From Geosiphon pyriformis uo1 (Eukaryota > Fungi > Glomeromycota): 64,000 bases of DNA. Made by a program: the position numbers and the translations under genes. Under the pieces are notes generated by a model. The model saw nothing but the letters and a program-made list of their open reading frames with translations, made no database searches and was not told where the DNA came from. Positions 26,574-40,011 of the stretch are shown piece after piece. Location of the stretch: positions 891,280 to 955,279 of the forward strand of contig JAAOMT010000675.1 in the NCBI GenBank assembly GCA_016748015.1. Reading direction: 5' to 3'. The stretch's first letter is position 1. The number at the start of each line of letters is the position of its first letter.

Positions 26574-29500
26574 TTAGGTTTGTGGCATCCTCGACAAACT
26601 GTTAGCATTGGTGTTCTTGGATCCTTTTTTGTAATAGACTTTAAGTGAGAATTGTTGCAGATAAGTATTCCATCTTGCATATTTTTTTTCTAGTTGTGGG
26701 TTATTAAGTAACCAAATGAGTCTCTTATGATCTGTATATAAGTCAAATAGTTGACTGAGGTAGTGTTTCCATGTTTGTACTGCCCAATAGATGGTAAGAC
26801 ATTCTAGATCTGTTGCACTGTAAATTTTCTTAGCTGAACTTGTACTACAACTAGTATACATGATTGGATGTTCCCTGTTGTCTGGTTCTATTTGTGACAA
26901 GACAGCTCCTAATGCTTCTTTGAGGCATATGTAGTGACAATGAAACATTTAGTAAAATCAGAGTAGATTAATATTGGGGATGTGATCAGTCACTGCTTGA
27001 GATAGTTGAAGGCTTTTTGTTAATCTTCCTTCCACAGATATAGCATGTATTTGGACAACAAGTGGTAAAGGAGTTTTGTGATAGTTGAAAATCCTTTCAC
27101 GAATTGGCAATAGTATCCTGCCAATCCTAAAAATCTTCATAACTCTCAGAAGTTGATTGGGGCTGGAAAATTTTTAACTTTTTGGACTTTGTCCGAATCA
27201 GATTTGACTTCATTTTTGCCAATTACATGTCCTAAAAATTTCAACTTGGGTTTCCTAAAGAAACATTTCTCGGAATTGAGTTTTAATTCAACATTTCGGA
27301 AGTGTTTAAAGACTTGTTGATGGTAAAGCAGATGATTGTTGAATGTTTCAGAAAATACGTTTGTGTTGTTTAAGTAAACTATAACTGATTTCCAAAGAAT
27401 TCCTTTGTACATAACATCCATAAGGTGTTGGAATGTGGCAGGAGCATTGCAGAGTCTGAAAGGCATTACATTAAACTTGAAGTTTCTGTCTCGAGTGGTA
27501 AATGCCATTTTTTCTTTATCTTTGGGATTCATTTTGACCTGCCAATATCTGCTGGCTAAGTCTAATGACGAGAACCATTTCTTTTTTTCTAGATTGTCCA
27601 GAATTTTATGAATAAGAGAAGTGGAGTAACTATCTTCTTAAGTAACACTATTTAATTTTCGATAATCCGTGCAAAATTGTACCTTTCCATTTTTCTTGGT
27701 AACCAGGACTACTGAGAAGGACTAAGAGCTTAACAATTCCTTAATTAAGCTGTTGTTAAGCATTTATTGGACTTCTTGTTTGATAAAATTGTCACCAGAT
27801 GAGAGTACTTAATAAGCCCGTTGTTTAATCAGTTGAGCACCTCCCATATCAATCTAATGCTTTATAATGTTGGTGCATCTGAACTTATTTTCACTAGCAA
27901 AAACATCAGCATATTGGTTTAATAGAACTTTAAGTTGTATTTGTTGTAGAATGCTCAGATTTCCAAATTGAGTTTATTGATTTCTTCTGGTATGAACAAG
28001 TAACTTTCCTTTGGCAGATTTTATACTTGTGAAGTAATGTCACAGAATAAGAACAATTGTGCAAAATCTGGAATAGGCTGAGATTTATCTGAATTCTGAA
28101 TATCTAGAGATATGGAACCAACAAGAGTTCACTTTGAGATTTCTATAATGTCTTTGGTCGGATTGTGAATTGGGATTTTGAAATACTTATGGGCCTTTGC
28201 TAGTAGGTATAAGTTAGCAGCATTGGTTAGGGAACAGATTTCAGGATCTGTTTTGAATAACAGAGCTTGATTTTGGATTGTTCTGTTCACTTTAAGAATG
28301 TATTGTTAGTATGAAGAGATGGAAATAATGGTGTTGATATAGATAAGTTCTACTTTGTCACTGTTCTCCTCCATGAAATTAACTGGTATGTTTCCTCTTT
28401 CACTTAATCCAAATTCATTGATTCCTCTGGTGGTGAGACCTAATTCTTCACAGATCATTATTGGGGTTAACTGTGGTATTTTCATTAAGGGCAGAAAAAT
28501 AGCTTGGGCTATTTTGTTATGTAATTCTATTTTGTAGAGTTTATCTGAATTATTCTGCAATATCACAATAATGTTTCCCATATAACCAACATCAATAATT
28601 TCTCCCTTTATGTTGATTCTTTTCTTGGCTAAACTAGATTGAAAGGCAACTTGTACCATTGTACTAACAGAAATTTCTAATACTATTTTAAGATCTATTG
28701 TTACAAGAGAATATGGGGCTATAATTATAAGTGATTTTCCAAAGTATTATAAGTCAAAACCAGCATCAGTGTTATGCACTCTTTCAGAACAAATTTCTTT
28801 CTCATTGTTATTGTACTATTTTAATTCTAATTTTTTGGATAGGTTGGGATACATGAGATACTGTTTTGTTTTGGTATTCTTAGTTGGATTTTAAAACAAC
28901 ATGTCCTTAGTAATTAATTTCTCTTCTATCTTGGGTTCCAGTAGTTTGGTAATCGGATATAGTTTTTTTGGAGGTGGGTTGAACATAATATTGCATTCAT
29001 TGCAGTACTAAAAGTGACAAGAGATCAAATAATAATTGCACAGTTTTATGTTTAAGTCAGCTAGTCTTTGTTTCTGCTCTTCCTTAGTTAGTGCCAGGTT
29101 CTGGTAGTGCTCAAAAAAGTATTTTAAATCATCTTCAATGTTGCCAAAGACGTCAAAAGTCATAATATATTTAGGTTCTGGAAGAGATAAGGGGTTGTTT
29201 TTAATTTCCTGTAATTTCTTGGTTGTAGCATTCTCTGTTTTCACATTCACCATTCTCCAAATCTCATGTTTGTCATGGGAATACCCATTCAATTGTTGTA
29301 ATGTTTATTTCCAGACATTGTTAATTGGAGTTCTTTTTTGTACCCAATTATTGATCAAGATAGTGTATTGACATGCTTTGTTGCATGTTTCTTCTTTGCC
29401 AAGAACATCATTTCATAGTCTTTTATCTGGCAGAATTTTGCCATAAGCAAAGCATGATGTATTGTCTTATTTGCCTTGTTGTTTTGGTCTGCCAAATTTT

Positions 29501-29651
29501 TCCACCACACAAGATCTACAGTAATATTTGGTAGTAGTTGGCCATTCCTTATCATCTCTAATACATGCACCCATAGAAAATAATCTTTTTCCACAGTTGA
29601 CACAAATTAATTTTGGGGTTCGATATTATTGACTTTTTTGACTTGAGGTGA
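26574..29651 (-). pseudogene. D ORF1 3' part: Cys-rich module, dUTPase, dUTPase-like domain, RT, RNase H
   Basis: DAGFDL, IIDVGYMGNI, KIAQAIF and TRGINEFG at 28400-28790; NAPATFQ and YLNNTNVF; YTDHKRL...ANSLSRMPQT*. Confidence 0.9.
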
Positions 29652-30535
29652 TGTTACAGGTGATTATTTGGGGTCTCAAAGCAAATAACAAACCCATAAC
29701 TTGGTGCTCAATTGATTGATAATGCTGGTAATACTGGTATATTGGTTATATCTGAAGGTTTTAGAATTGAGTCCTTTGTATAATACACAAAGATTCTTTG
29801 TTGATGTTATTTGCAGTTAGTTTGTGTAAGTTGTTTCCCAATTTTTTTCTCAGCTTGGTGGCCAGATTTATTCTGGCAGTCGTGCCCTTCTGGTAAGCTA
29901 TCTGATAATATATATAATGCTACCCTTATCTCTGAGTCTTTTACTAGGCTATCTGTGACATTAATAACTCAGCACTTTTAATCAATTAGTATACAACAAA
30001 ATCAAATAAAAAAAATAAAAGAAAATAAAGAAATGTAAGAAATAAGCCAAGGTAATTTACAAGTTAGTATCTTGTCAATAGCTGTAATCAAGAGCTATTG
30101 TTTCAGTGTGGTTAAGTATTAATTACTATTAACATAAAGTATTAATAGTGAAGAGTGAATTGAGATAGTGAATAATTATTTATTGATATTTGTGATGTAG
30201 AAGGTTTCTAACTGATGGATTCTGCTTTTTTTACTTTTAATGCTACCACTATATATATATAATTGATGTTTTATGAGATTGCTCACATTCCCGAATGATG
30301 TGCTATGATTTTTTGAGCAATGCTCACATTGCTGAACAATATGTCATATTTTCTTGACATCGCTTCACATTGCTGAGCAATGTGCCTTGATTTCTGACAT
30401 TGCTCTACATTGCTGAGCAATGTGCTATAATTTCTGATATTGCTTCATATTGCTGAGCAATATGCTCATGTGTTAACTACTACTTTGCCTATTGGTCTAC
30501 TATTTTTTATAACTGTTTTTTTTTTATGAGTAACA
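29652..30535 (-). repeat. E 3' LTR
   Basis: tgttac...gtaaca; contains a palindromic cacattgctgagcaatgtg array. Confidence 0.95.
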
Positions 30536-30550
30536 TTATCTCCTCCTTTT

Positions 30551-31185
30551 TAATATTGAGCTTTGTTGAAATCTTCGTTTTGAATTAATTCTAATACTTT
30601 TTTTTCGAGTATTGTTTGTTTGACTCTGTTTCTCACGTTTTTTACTTGTGTATTGTTTATTCTTCCCTATTGGTTAATGGTTATGGTTTCCATGTCAGAG
30701 TGTAATAGTATTTCCGAATAGTTCCGAAATATGTTGTATAGTCAGTACATTGTTCTAACATGCAGTGTTGAATTTGATTTCTTTCCAATAAATTTTTTAA
30801 TTTGTTGTATTATATCTTAGTTGAATATTTTCTTGGATTTGTCAATATACAACTCTTGAATATTCAACTTTTAACTTAGCTGGTAGTAGCAATATGACAT
30901 TAGAAGTTGTTCTGTCTATTGCTTCCAATTTTCTTTTGTAAGCTCTTCTATTGGTGCCATAATGGGTATTTTCCCAAAAGTGTTTTTCACTTTTTTCATT
31001 AAGTTATCTGTCCAGTTTTTATCATTCTTTGTTAGTTGCTGATATGGTATATTCTTTGTTTTTCTTTGGGTGTTTTAATAGCAAATTATTTGGTTGTTAA
31101 TAACAATTTCTATATCTAACTGTTGTTTACTTAAGGCTTAAAACAATTGTTGAGCTATAGTGTAGATATGATCTGGTATTTCTAT
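30551..31185 (-). pseudogene. E ORF3
   Basis: IEIPDHIYTIAQQLF...SYCYYQLS...NYSEILLHSDMETITINQ; nearly collinear with A ORF3. Confidence 0.72.
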
Positions 31186-31239
31186 TTTTCTTGGTTGTTT
31201 CCATCACATGTATTGTGTCTTTATATACTCTTTTGGTTG

Positions 31240-32640
31240 TTCAATTTGACATGTTTGGTTCAATAACTATAATTGGTTCCAGATCTCGTGGAATCTTATC
31301 TGGTTGAACTAGTATTCTTTGTACTCCCAGTTGTGGAATGTTATTGGTAGATGATAATATTATCTGGTGATATGGTTTCAGTTGATCACCATGTGCTGCT
31401 TTGGCTAAAATTTTGTTGTCCTATCTTAGTTTATAAGCTCCATTTCCAAGAATTTCTTCTATGTGAAATGGTTCATCTCATTTGGGGTCAAATTTTCCAC
31501 TCCATTGTTTTTCCACTTTGGTGTGATGTAAAAGTACTTTGTCTCCAATCTTGAATTCAACTGGTTTATCTGTTAATTGGTTATCATGTCATTCTTTTTG
31601 CTTTTCTTGTGACTTCTGGATATTGTCAGCTGCCCTTTATTGTTTGTTTTCTAAAGTTTCTATCAAGTCATATGTTCTTCTTAGCAACTTTTTCTGAAAA
31701 TTATCTTCAGTTATTGGTTCAGTTGGATAAGTGGTGACTTTTATCTCAACTGGTAATGTTGCTGTTCTACCATATACTAATTCAAATGGTGTTACTTGTG
31801 TAGTGTCCTGCTTCATTGTCCAATAAGCAAATAGTACTGATGATATAAACAAATCCCATTCATTCTGGTTTTCTTGACTGATCTTGGCAACTGCTTCATA
31901 CAATGTTCTATTGAATCTTTCAACTAGTCCATTGGTTTGTGGGTGGTATGGTGATGACAGTGGTTTTTTAACTCTAAATCTTTAACTTAATTCTGTCAAT
32001 GTTCTGTTCACAAAATGAGTTCCTTGATCTGATAGTAGTTCTTTTGGACATCTATGTTGATAGATCAAATCTTAATGGATGAATTTGGCAATGGATTCTG
32101 CATCTGTTCTTTGAATGGCTTTTGTTTCTGGCCATTTAGTGAGATAATTCATAGCTACTGCAATATATCTGTTGCCTCTGCTGATAATTGTTAATGGTCC
32201 GACTAAGTCAATTCCAATGCGATTGAATAGTTGTCCCACTTTGATTGGTCTTAATGGTTCATTGGGTCTTGTTCCTCCTCTTCTCTGACAAGCATCACAA
32301 TTTTGAACATATTAGATGATATCTGAATACATTGATGGCCAATAATATCTTTTTCTAGTTCTTTCTATGGTTGCTTCTTTATGAAAATGTCCTGCTGTTG
32401 GGTCTGAGTGCATGTTAAATAATATTGTTTCTTTCTCTGGTTCTGTGATTACTCTAATTGGTTGATCTGAATTTCTTCTGTTTTTTTGGTAAAGTATATT
32501 TTGATGGTAGATAAAATATTTTGATTGTTGTTTTATGTTCTTTTGTTCTTTTTGAAATAATTTCTCCTTGAACAATTGGGTATTTATATAATGTTAAAGT
32601 TGTTGGTATTTTTGTATATTTATTTTTTTTTTTATATTTT
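31240..32640 (-). pseudogene. E integrase
   Basis: ORFs 32312-32575 and 31637-31903 with HHCC and core motifs. Confidence 0.88.
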
Positions 32641-32651
32641 TGGGTTGAAAT

Positions 32652-32863
<212 letters not shown>

Positions 32864-32865
<2 letters not shown>

Positions 32866-35800
32866 AGATTTGTCTCATTTGTGACAATTCGTCAGCATTT
32901 CCATTGTCTTTTCCCTTTTTATAATGTACTGTATAATTAAATGGTGAAAGTTCTATTTTTTATCTGACATGATGATCATTTGCAAATTTTTGTTTTTGAA
33001 TTGAAGTCAATCTCTTGTGATCAGTATAAACATCAAACTTTTGGCTCAAGTATTCTCTCTATTTTATAACTGCCCAATAAATAGCTAAGTGTTCTAATGC
33101 TGGAGTTCCATAGTTCTTCTCAGCTGGACTTAAGCTTCTACTGGTATAAGCTACTGGATGTTCTCTTCTATCTGGTCCTTTTTGTGACACCACTGCTCCC
33201 AATGCTTGGCCAGATCCATTGGTGGTAATGATGAATAGTTTGCTGTAATCTGGATACATCAATACTGAAGCTTGGATAAGCTTTCTTCTTAATATATCAA
33301 AAGCTTTTTGTTGGGTTTCTGTTTATTTGTACTTCACATTCTTTGTTTGGAGTTGGTATAGTGGTTGAGCTATTTTGGAAAAGTTCTTGATGAAACAGCA
33401 GTAGTATTTGGCAAATTCCAAGAATGCTCTCAATTCTGTGAGATTATTTGGTACTGGAAAGTTCTTGACAATTTCTATCTTGTCCGGATCTGTTTTGATT
33501 TCATTTTTACTCACTACATGTCCCAAAAACTTGAGTTCAGTTTTTCCAAAGAAACATTTAGTTGTATTTAGTTTCAATCCAGCTTTTCTTAATCTTTCAA
33601 ACACTTGTTGAAGATGATATAGATAATCATTGAAGGTTTTTGAGAACACATTAGTGTTATCTAAGTATACGACTACTGATTTCCATAGTAGTCTAGTATA
33701 GACAATTTCTATGAGCCATTGAAATGTTGTTGGAGCATTTATCAAGCCAAATAACATGACTTCAAATTCAAAATTCTTTTCTCTTGTGGTAAATGCTGTT
33801 TTTTCTTTGTTGGCTGGATCCATGGCTACTTGCTAGTAACCACTGTTTAGATCTAATGTTGAGAACCATTTATTTCCTCCAAAAGCATTGAATAGTTCTT
33901 GGATCTTTAGAGTTGGATAGCTATTATCTTTAGTCACTCCATTCAGTTTTCAATAATCCACACAAAAGCAGATTTTTCCATTTTTCTTCTGGACTAGTAC
34001 TACTGGTGATGACCATGGACTCATTGATGGCTGAATTAGCCTGTTGTCAAGCATCTGGTTGATTTCTTGACAAATGATTTCATAGCTAGCTGGTGGTACT
34101 CTGTATGCTCTTTGCTTAATTGGCATTGCATCTCCAGTTTTAATCTGATGCTGAATGATGTTGGTGCAGCCAAATTCATTTTTGCTTGCAAAGATGTCAT
34201 TGAAATTGTTGAGCAACATTTTGAGCTGCATCTGTTAAAATGGATCTAAGTTGCCCATGTTTATTTGTTCCAATTGTTCCAGTTGGAGCAAATAACATTC
34301 ACTTCATCCATAGATGGTTTGTGATGTAATGTCCACATATCCACAAAGCTGTGGAAAATCTGGAATATGCTTTGGCAGTTGGTCCTCAACTTTGGTGGTT
34401 AAATATTCAATGACAGTTCTTTTTGGTATTTTAATAACATGTCCCATTGAGTTATAAATGGGAATTTTGATATTTTTGGGACTGTTGTTTGATATGTAGA
34501 GATTAGTGAGTCCAATTTTTCTTGATTTGCAAATAGTAGCTTCTGCTTCAAACAACTGAGCTTGATTCTTTACTTCTCTCTTTATGGCTAACATATACTG
34601 GTCATATGGTGGAATAAAGATTGATTGACAGGTTAAGATAATTTCTCCTTTGTCAACAATTTCTTCCTCTGCCATATTGACTGGTATATCTATTCTATCC
34701 ATTGATCCGAATTTTTGTATCTCTCAAGCTGTAATCCCTAATTCTTTCTTGTTTCCCACTGACACTAACTGAGCTATTTTCACCAGAGATAGGAATATTG
34801 TCTGTGCTATTTTTTCATTTGGATCTATGGTATATGCTTTTTCTAAATCATTTTATAGCATAGTAATAATATTCCCTACATATACTGCATCAATTATTCC
34901 TCCTTTAATGTTTATTTCTTTTTTCACTAAACTACTCTTGGATGCTAGTTGAATCATTGTTGTTGCTGGTATTTTCAATGCTACTTTGAGATCAATGCAG
35001 GTGTGCAAATGTGGTTCCAATTTAATGGGATTTTTTCTTGGATATTTTAGATCAAATCCTGCATCAGTATCATGCGCGTGCTCAGGCATAATACCTTTAT
35101 TATTATCACTGAACTATTTCAGTTCCTGCTTCTTGGTAAGATTAAGAAGTGTGATAAATGTTTCGGGGTATGAATCGAAGTTTGAATCATCATAATTTGT
35201 GTTGCTAATTGGAATGGAGCTGGAACCATTGTTTTTGTTGTTGTCATTGTCGAAGTTTGAATCAGGATTGAAAACTGATTCTAATTCTGATGTGCAGCTG
35301 CTTATTGGTTTGTTTTCTTCTGAGATTGTGTAGATCATACATGGTGATGGATTGTAAATGAGGTCACACTTATTACAATATTGAAAGTCACAAAGAATTA
35401 GGCAGTGTTAACATAGTCGAGTATTCAATTTTTCTAGGTGTTGCTCTTGCTTTTCTCTTGTAAGTGCTAACTCTTGGTAGTGTTCATGAAATTGTTCTGG
35501 ATTTAGAAGATTTATAACTGGTTCTGGGTCCCAGTCAAGTTCTATGGGTTCTGGTGGGTTGTTTTTGATTTCTCTGATTTCTTCAGGCAATGTTCCTTCT
35601 ATCTTGGCCATTGCCATTCCCCAGATCTTGTTGTCATTATGTGAACAACTGTCTAATTGCTGCACAGCTCTTCTCCAAGTGGCTTCTATTGGAGTTCTTT
35701 TCTTGACCCAGTCATTGATAAGGATTGTGTACTGATATGAAGTGTTGTACATTTCTTCTCAACCAAGAATATCATTCTATATTCCTTCATTGAGTAAGGT

Positions 35801-38800
35801 TTCACCACAAGCTAGACAAGGTTTGTTGTTCTATTTTCCTTGTCTTTTTGGTCATCCAAAGTATTTTATAATACATGCACGGCAGTAGAATTTGGTTGCC
35901 ATTTGGTATTTCTTATTATTGCCACAGCATACACCCATTGATGACAATTTCTTGCTGCAATTAATGCATATTAATTTGGATTGGCGATAAGTAGACTGTT
36001 GTGGTAGAGCATAAGTGTCTGGAATATAAGTATTGTTGGCTTGGGTAGTGTCATTTTCTTTCCCTTTCCCTTTGTTTCTTCCTTTTTCTTCTTCCTACTC
36101 CCAATTTACTGTCAGTTTGTTGTCATCATTGTCAGTCCATGTCAGATCATCAGTTTCCCAGATGAGTTTTTCTCTTTGTTTTCCTTTTACTGGCTTGTCC
36201 CACGATAGTATTAGCAGCAGTTTGTTGTGGTTATTGTCAGTCCACAACACTTGGTATGCCTCCCAGGTAGGTTTCAGTTTTTTTTCTTTTAGTTTAATCA
36301 ATAGTGTGGAGAGATAATTTGATTTAAAGTGACCACAGATGGCTAGTACCCTTGTATATTGGTTATGCTGACTGAATTGAACCTCTTACATGTTCCAATC
36401 CATAATAGTGCTGGCTTTGGACAGCCAGTTATTGCCAATGAGGGCCTGATACTGGTTGGCTTCCATTACCAGTACCTTAATTGGTATAATGATGCCATTG
36501 ACTTCTATGAGTAGATTGTCAATCTCTCCAATAGGTGTTTTGGTCACTCTATTGGCTGTGATAATTCTGGTGCTGACAGCGCGATCAACTCAGTGACCTA
36601 ATTGATCCATGAGTTGTCTGATAATAATGCTGCCAGCTAATTCACTATTTAAGATCAGTTTGATGGAGTGTTCATCAACTTTCACATCAGTGTACATAGC
36701 CATAATGGGTTTTTTTTCTAGAGTGGCTCTACTGAATAGCAGTACAGTTGTGGTTTCCTCGAGTTTAAAGAGAAAAATGGCGGCCAATGATTTGTCATTG
36801 ATAACAGTTGTTGGTGAAATGTTGTTGATAAGTGTTATTTGTTGATAAGATTCTGGGTTGTTGGTGGTGGCATTTTCTGGAGTAACTAGAAGACTTAAAT
36901 AGTGTTGGAAATTTGGGTTTTGGTTGAAACTGGTACCCGAATTCTGAGAGTGTGATCCAATGGATTGGTGGGAGAAGCTGGGGATCAGTTGGTAAATAAC
37001 TATCGCCAATCTCCAGTTTTGGATAATTCTGGGTCTGGAATCTCCTAATGTCATTTGAGCTGGGTTTTGGGGCAGTGTTTGAATTGATTGTTGAGGCTGA
37101 TAGATTACTTGTAGCTGCAGTTAATATATTACTAGTGACTGCAACTGGTAAATTGTCTGTGGTTAATAAATTGGGGTTTGATATGCTGATGGTTGATAGA
37201 TTGGTTGCTGTATTATCAGCAGATAAGTGGTTTGATATTGTGCTGAGTTTGATTGATGATTCAGAATTGGGAACTGGCAATTGGGGCTTCAATATTGATT
37301 TTCCGATCATTGGTTATTTATATACTGGTGGCTGATTTGAATATGTTCTTGTTTATCACAATAGTGGCAGATATGCATTTCTTGTTGTCACTGTTGATTG
37401 GTCGATGAAGATAAATGTGGTTGGTTCTGTAAATGATTAGAGTTTTCTTGATTATGGTGTCATTGTGGTGATTGATAAATTGTTTGATTGTTGTTAGCTA
37501 AGTATCCCTTTATCTTCTGATTAATTGTTTCACTGAATTTCTCCAATTTGGAATCCAATTCAGATGATCCGTTCATCACTAGATTAATGGCTTGGGTGTG
37601 GTTGGCTTCTAACTCAGCTGATTTGAAATCTCTGGTGTGAGTAACTGCATCTTGAAAGGTGCCTGGATGCAACGGATGTACATGTTGCAAGATACTGCTG
37701 TGCAGACCATGGATAAACTGGTTGAGGATCTGTGGTGCTGTGAAATAGTTGGCATCAATTGCTTGAATTTGGCGCAGGTTTCTATGAAACCATCCTAAGT
37801 AAGTTGTGACTGCTTCAGTTTCTCTTTGCTTCATGGTGGTAAATATATTGACTAGGTGATTGATATTGTTACTGTTGCTAAAGTATCTTAAGAATTCTAC
37901 TTTGAAGGCATTGAAGTCTTGTGGTTTATTAATCAAGCTCTGATACTATGAATTGGCAGTATCCTTAAGGAAGTAGGGAATGGCTTGCATTGCTCGGGCG
38001 TCATTCCATTCATTGGCTGCAATGGCTTTTCCCATATCGTTTAATCATACTCGAGTGTCATCCTCTTCACCAGTAAAATTATCAAGTTTTGCGATTGGTA
38101 CATAGGCCATTGGGTCTATATTGGGTTGTTGTGATAGCTGTTAAAGCAGTTGTTGTATGAGTTTGGCTATTGGATTAATTGGTGGTTGATTAATGACAAT
38201 TACTGGAGGTAAGTTTTGTTGATTAATTAAGTCGGGGTTTCAGTTGTTCTGATTTGGTTGAACTTGAAAATTTGGAGTTTCGATTTCCAGATTTTTTTGG
38301 TTTGGATTTTTCAGAGTTTGAATGTTTGGGGTTTCAAATTCCAGGTCTTCTGAGATCAGGTTTTGGTATGTAAATTTCTGATTCTCAGATTTTTTTTCCT
38401 CTTCTTCTTGTTTTCCTTCTGATTCTGTGACTTCTCAAGAACTCACAGTTCCAAAATCTGGCTGAGATGGTGGTGATTAAAATCCTGATGGTGTTGGCAA
38501 TCATGATTTAAATCCTTTAAAATATGTGCCATATGATTCTAATAAGTCTTCTTTCTTTTGTTTAATTTGAAATAAGAATCGTCTAACTGTTGATGTCGCA
38601 TTTGATGTGAATGTGCCTGTTAATGCGATATTGATGGCATTTCCAAGAGTATAATGATATGATGGATTGGTGGGTGATTTAACTCTGTGTTTCTTCCAAG
38701 TAGGTGGTTGTATTCTTTTGAGTATTACTGCTGGTGTTTGTAGTTTTCCTTTGCCTTTACTTGTGTAGGTAATTGGGTATCTCTGTTGGGTGTGATGTTC

Positions 38801-39100
38801 AATTTCTTTATTAATCTCAGTGATGATGGATGCGAAATTATAGTTTGTTGGTAAGCTGCTGTTTTGAATTAATTCATTGTAAAAAGTCTCTCTTATTGAT
38901 TTAGTGTTTGTTGCTGTTCTTAATAAATAAGCAATTTTTTCGTTGACATAAAAGTTGAAGACTGATTCTGCTGATATATGAGTTAATTCCAAGTGTTGAC
39001 AGTAGTGTTGAAATAAGGATTTGCGAATCCTAAATGGTTTGCTCCTATGTTTTCAGATTCTGCCACTTTTGGATGAGATTGTTGGTGCTGGTTTTCTGTA
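32864..39100 (-). pseudogene. E ORF1 remnant: Gag, protease, Cys-rich module, dUTPase, dUTPase-like domain, RT, RNase H
   Basis: ORFs 38501-38992, 37460-37936, 36590-37054, 35408-35752, 34853-35089 (DAGFDL, GGIIDAVYVGNI), 34304-34702, 33323-33823 and 33059-33262. Confidence 0.92.
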
Positions 39101-39127
39101 AGATTATACCTCACAGGAAGCACCAAA

Positions 39128-40011
39128 TGTTACAGATAATTATTTGGGGTCTTAAAGCAAATAACAAACCCATAACTTAGTGCTCAATTAATTGATAATG
39201 CTGGTGATACTAGTACGTTGGTTGTATCTGAAAATTTTGGAGTTGAGTTCTTTGTATAATAGACAGAGATTCTTTGTTGATGTTATTTGCAGTTAATTTG
39301 TGTAAGTTGTTTCCCAATTTCTTTCTTAGCTTGATGGCCAGATTTATTCTGGCAGTTGTGTCCTTCTAATAAGCTATCTGATAATATATATAATGCTACC
39401 CTTATCTCTGAGTCTTTTACCAGGCTATCTGTGACATTAATAACTCAGCGCTTTTAATCAATTAGTATACAACAAAATCAAATAAAAAAAATAAAAAAAA
39501 ATAAAGAAATGTAAGAAATAAGCCAAGGTAATTTACAAGTTAGTATCTTGTCAATAGCTGTAATCAAAAGCTATTGTTCCAATGTGGTTAAGTATTAATT
39601 ACTATTAACATAAAGTATTGATAGTGAAGAGTGAATTGAGATAGTGAATAATTATTTATTGATATTTGTGATGTAGAAGGTTTCTAACTGATGGATTCTG
39701 CTTTTTTTACTTTTAATGCTACCACTATATATATATAATTGATGTTTTATGAGATTGCTCACATTCCCGAGTAATGTGCTATGATTTCTTGAGCAATGCT
39801 CACATTGCTGAGCAATGTGTCATATTTTCTTGACATCGCTTCACATTGCTGAGCAATGTGCCTTGATTTTTGACATTGCTCCACATTGCTGAGCAATGTG
39901 CTATAATTTCTGATATTGCTTCATATTGCTGAGCAATATGCTCATGTGCTAACTACTACTTTGCCTATTGGTCTACTATTTTCTATAACTGTTTTCTTTT
40001 TATGAGTAACA
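39128..40011 (-). repeat. E 5' LTR
   Basis: Direct repeat of 29652-30535, adjacent to the PBS. Confidence 0.95.

Noticed and set aside
30280-30470. Regularly spaced palindromic repeats resembling a CRISPR array
   Set aside because: Spacers are short and similar to each other, the array is duplicated in both LTRs, there are no cas genes, and the context is eukaryotic.
36795-37310. 171-aa Thr/Ser/Asn-rich ORF overlapping the Gag-protease junction (similar open frames in A and B), suggesting a gag-pol frameshift or overlapping gene
   Set aside because: Gag (37460-37936) and protease (36590-37054) ORFs are in the same frame. The shifted frame stays open because the true frame is Q/N/P-rich and collects CAA>TAA stops.
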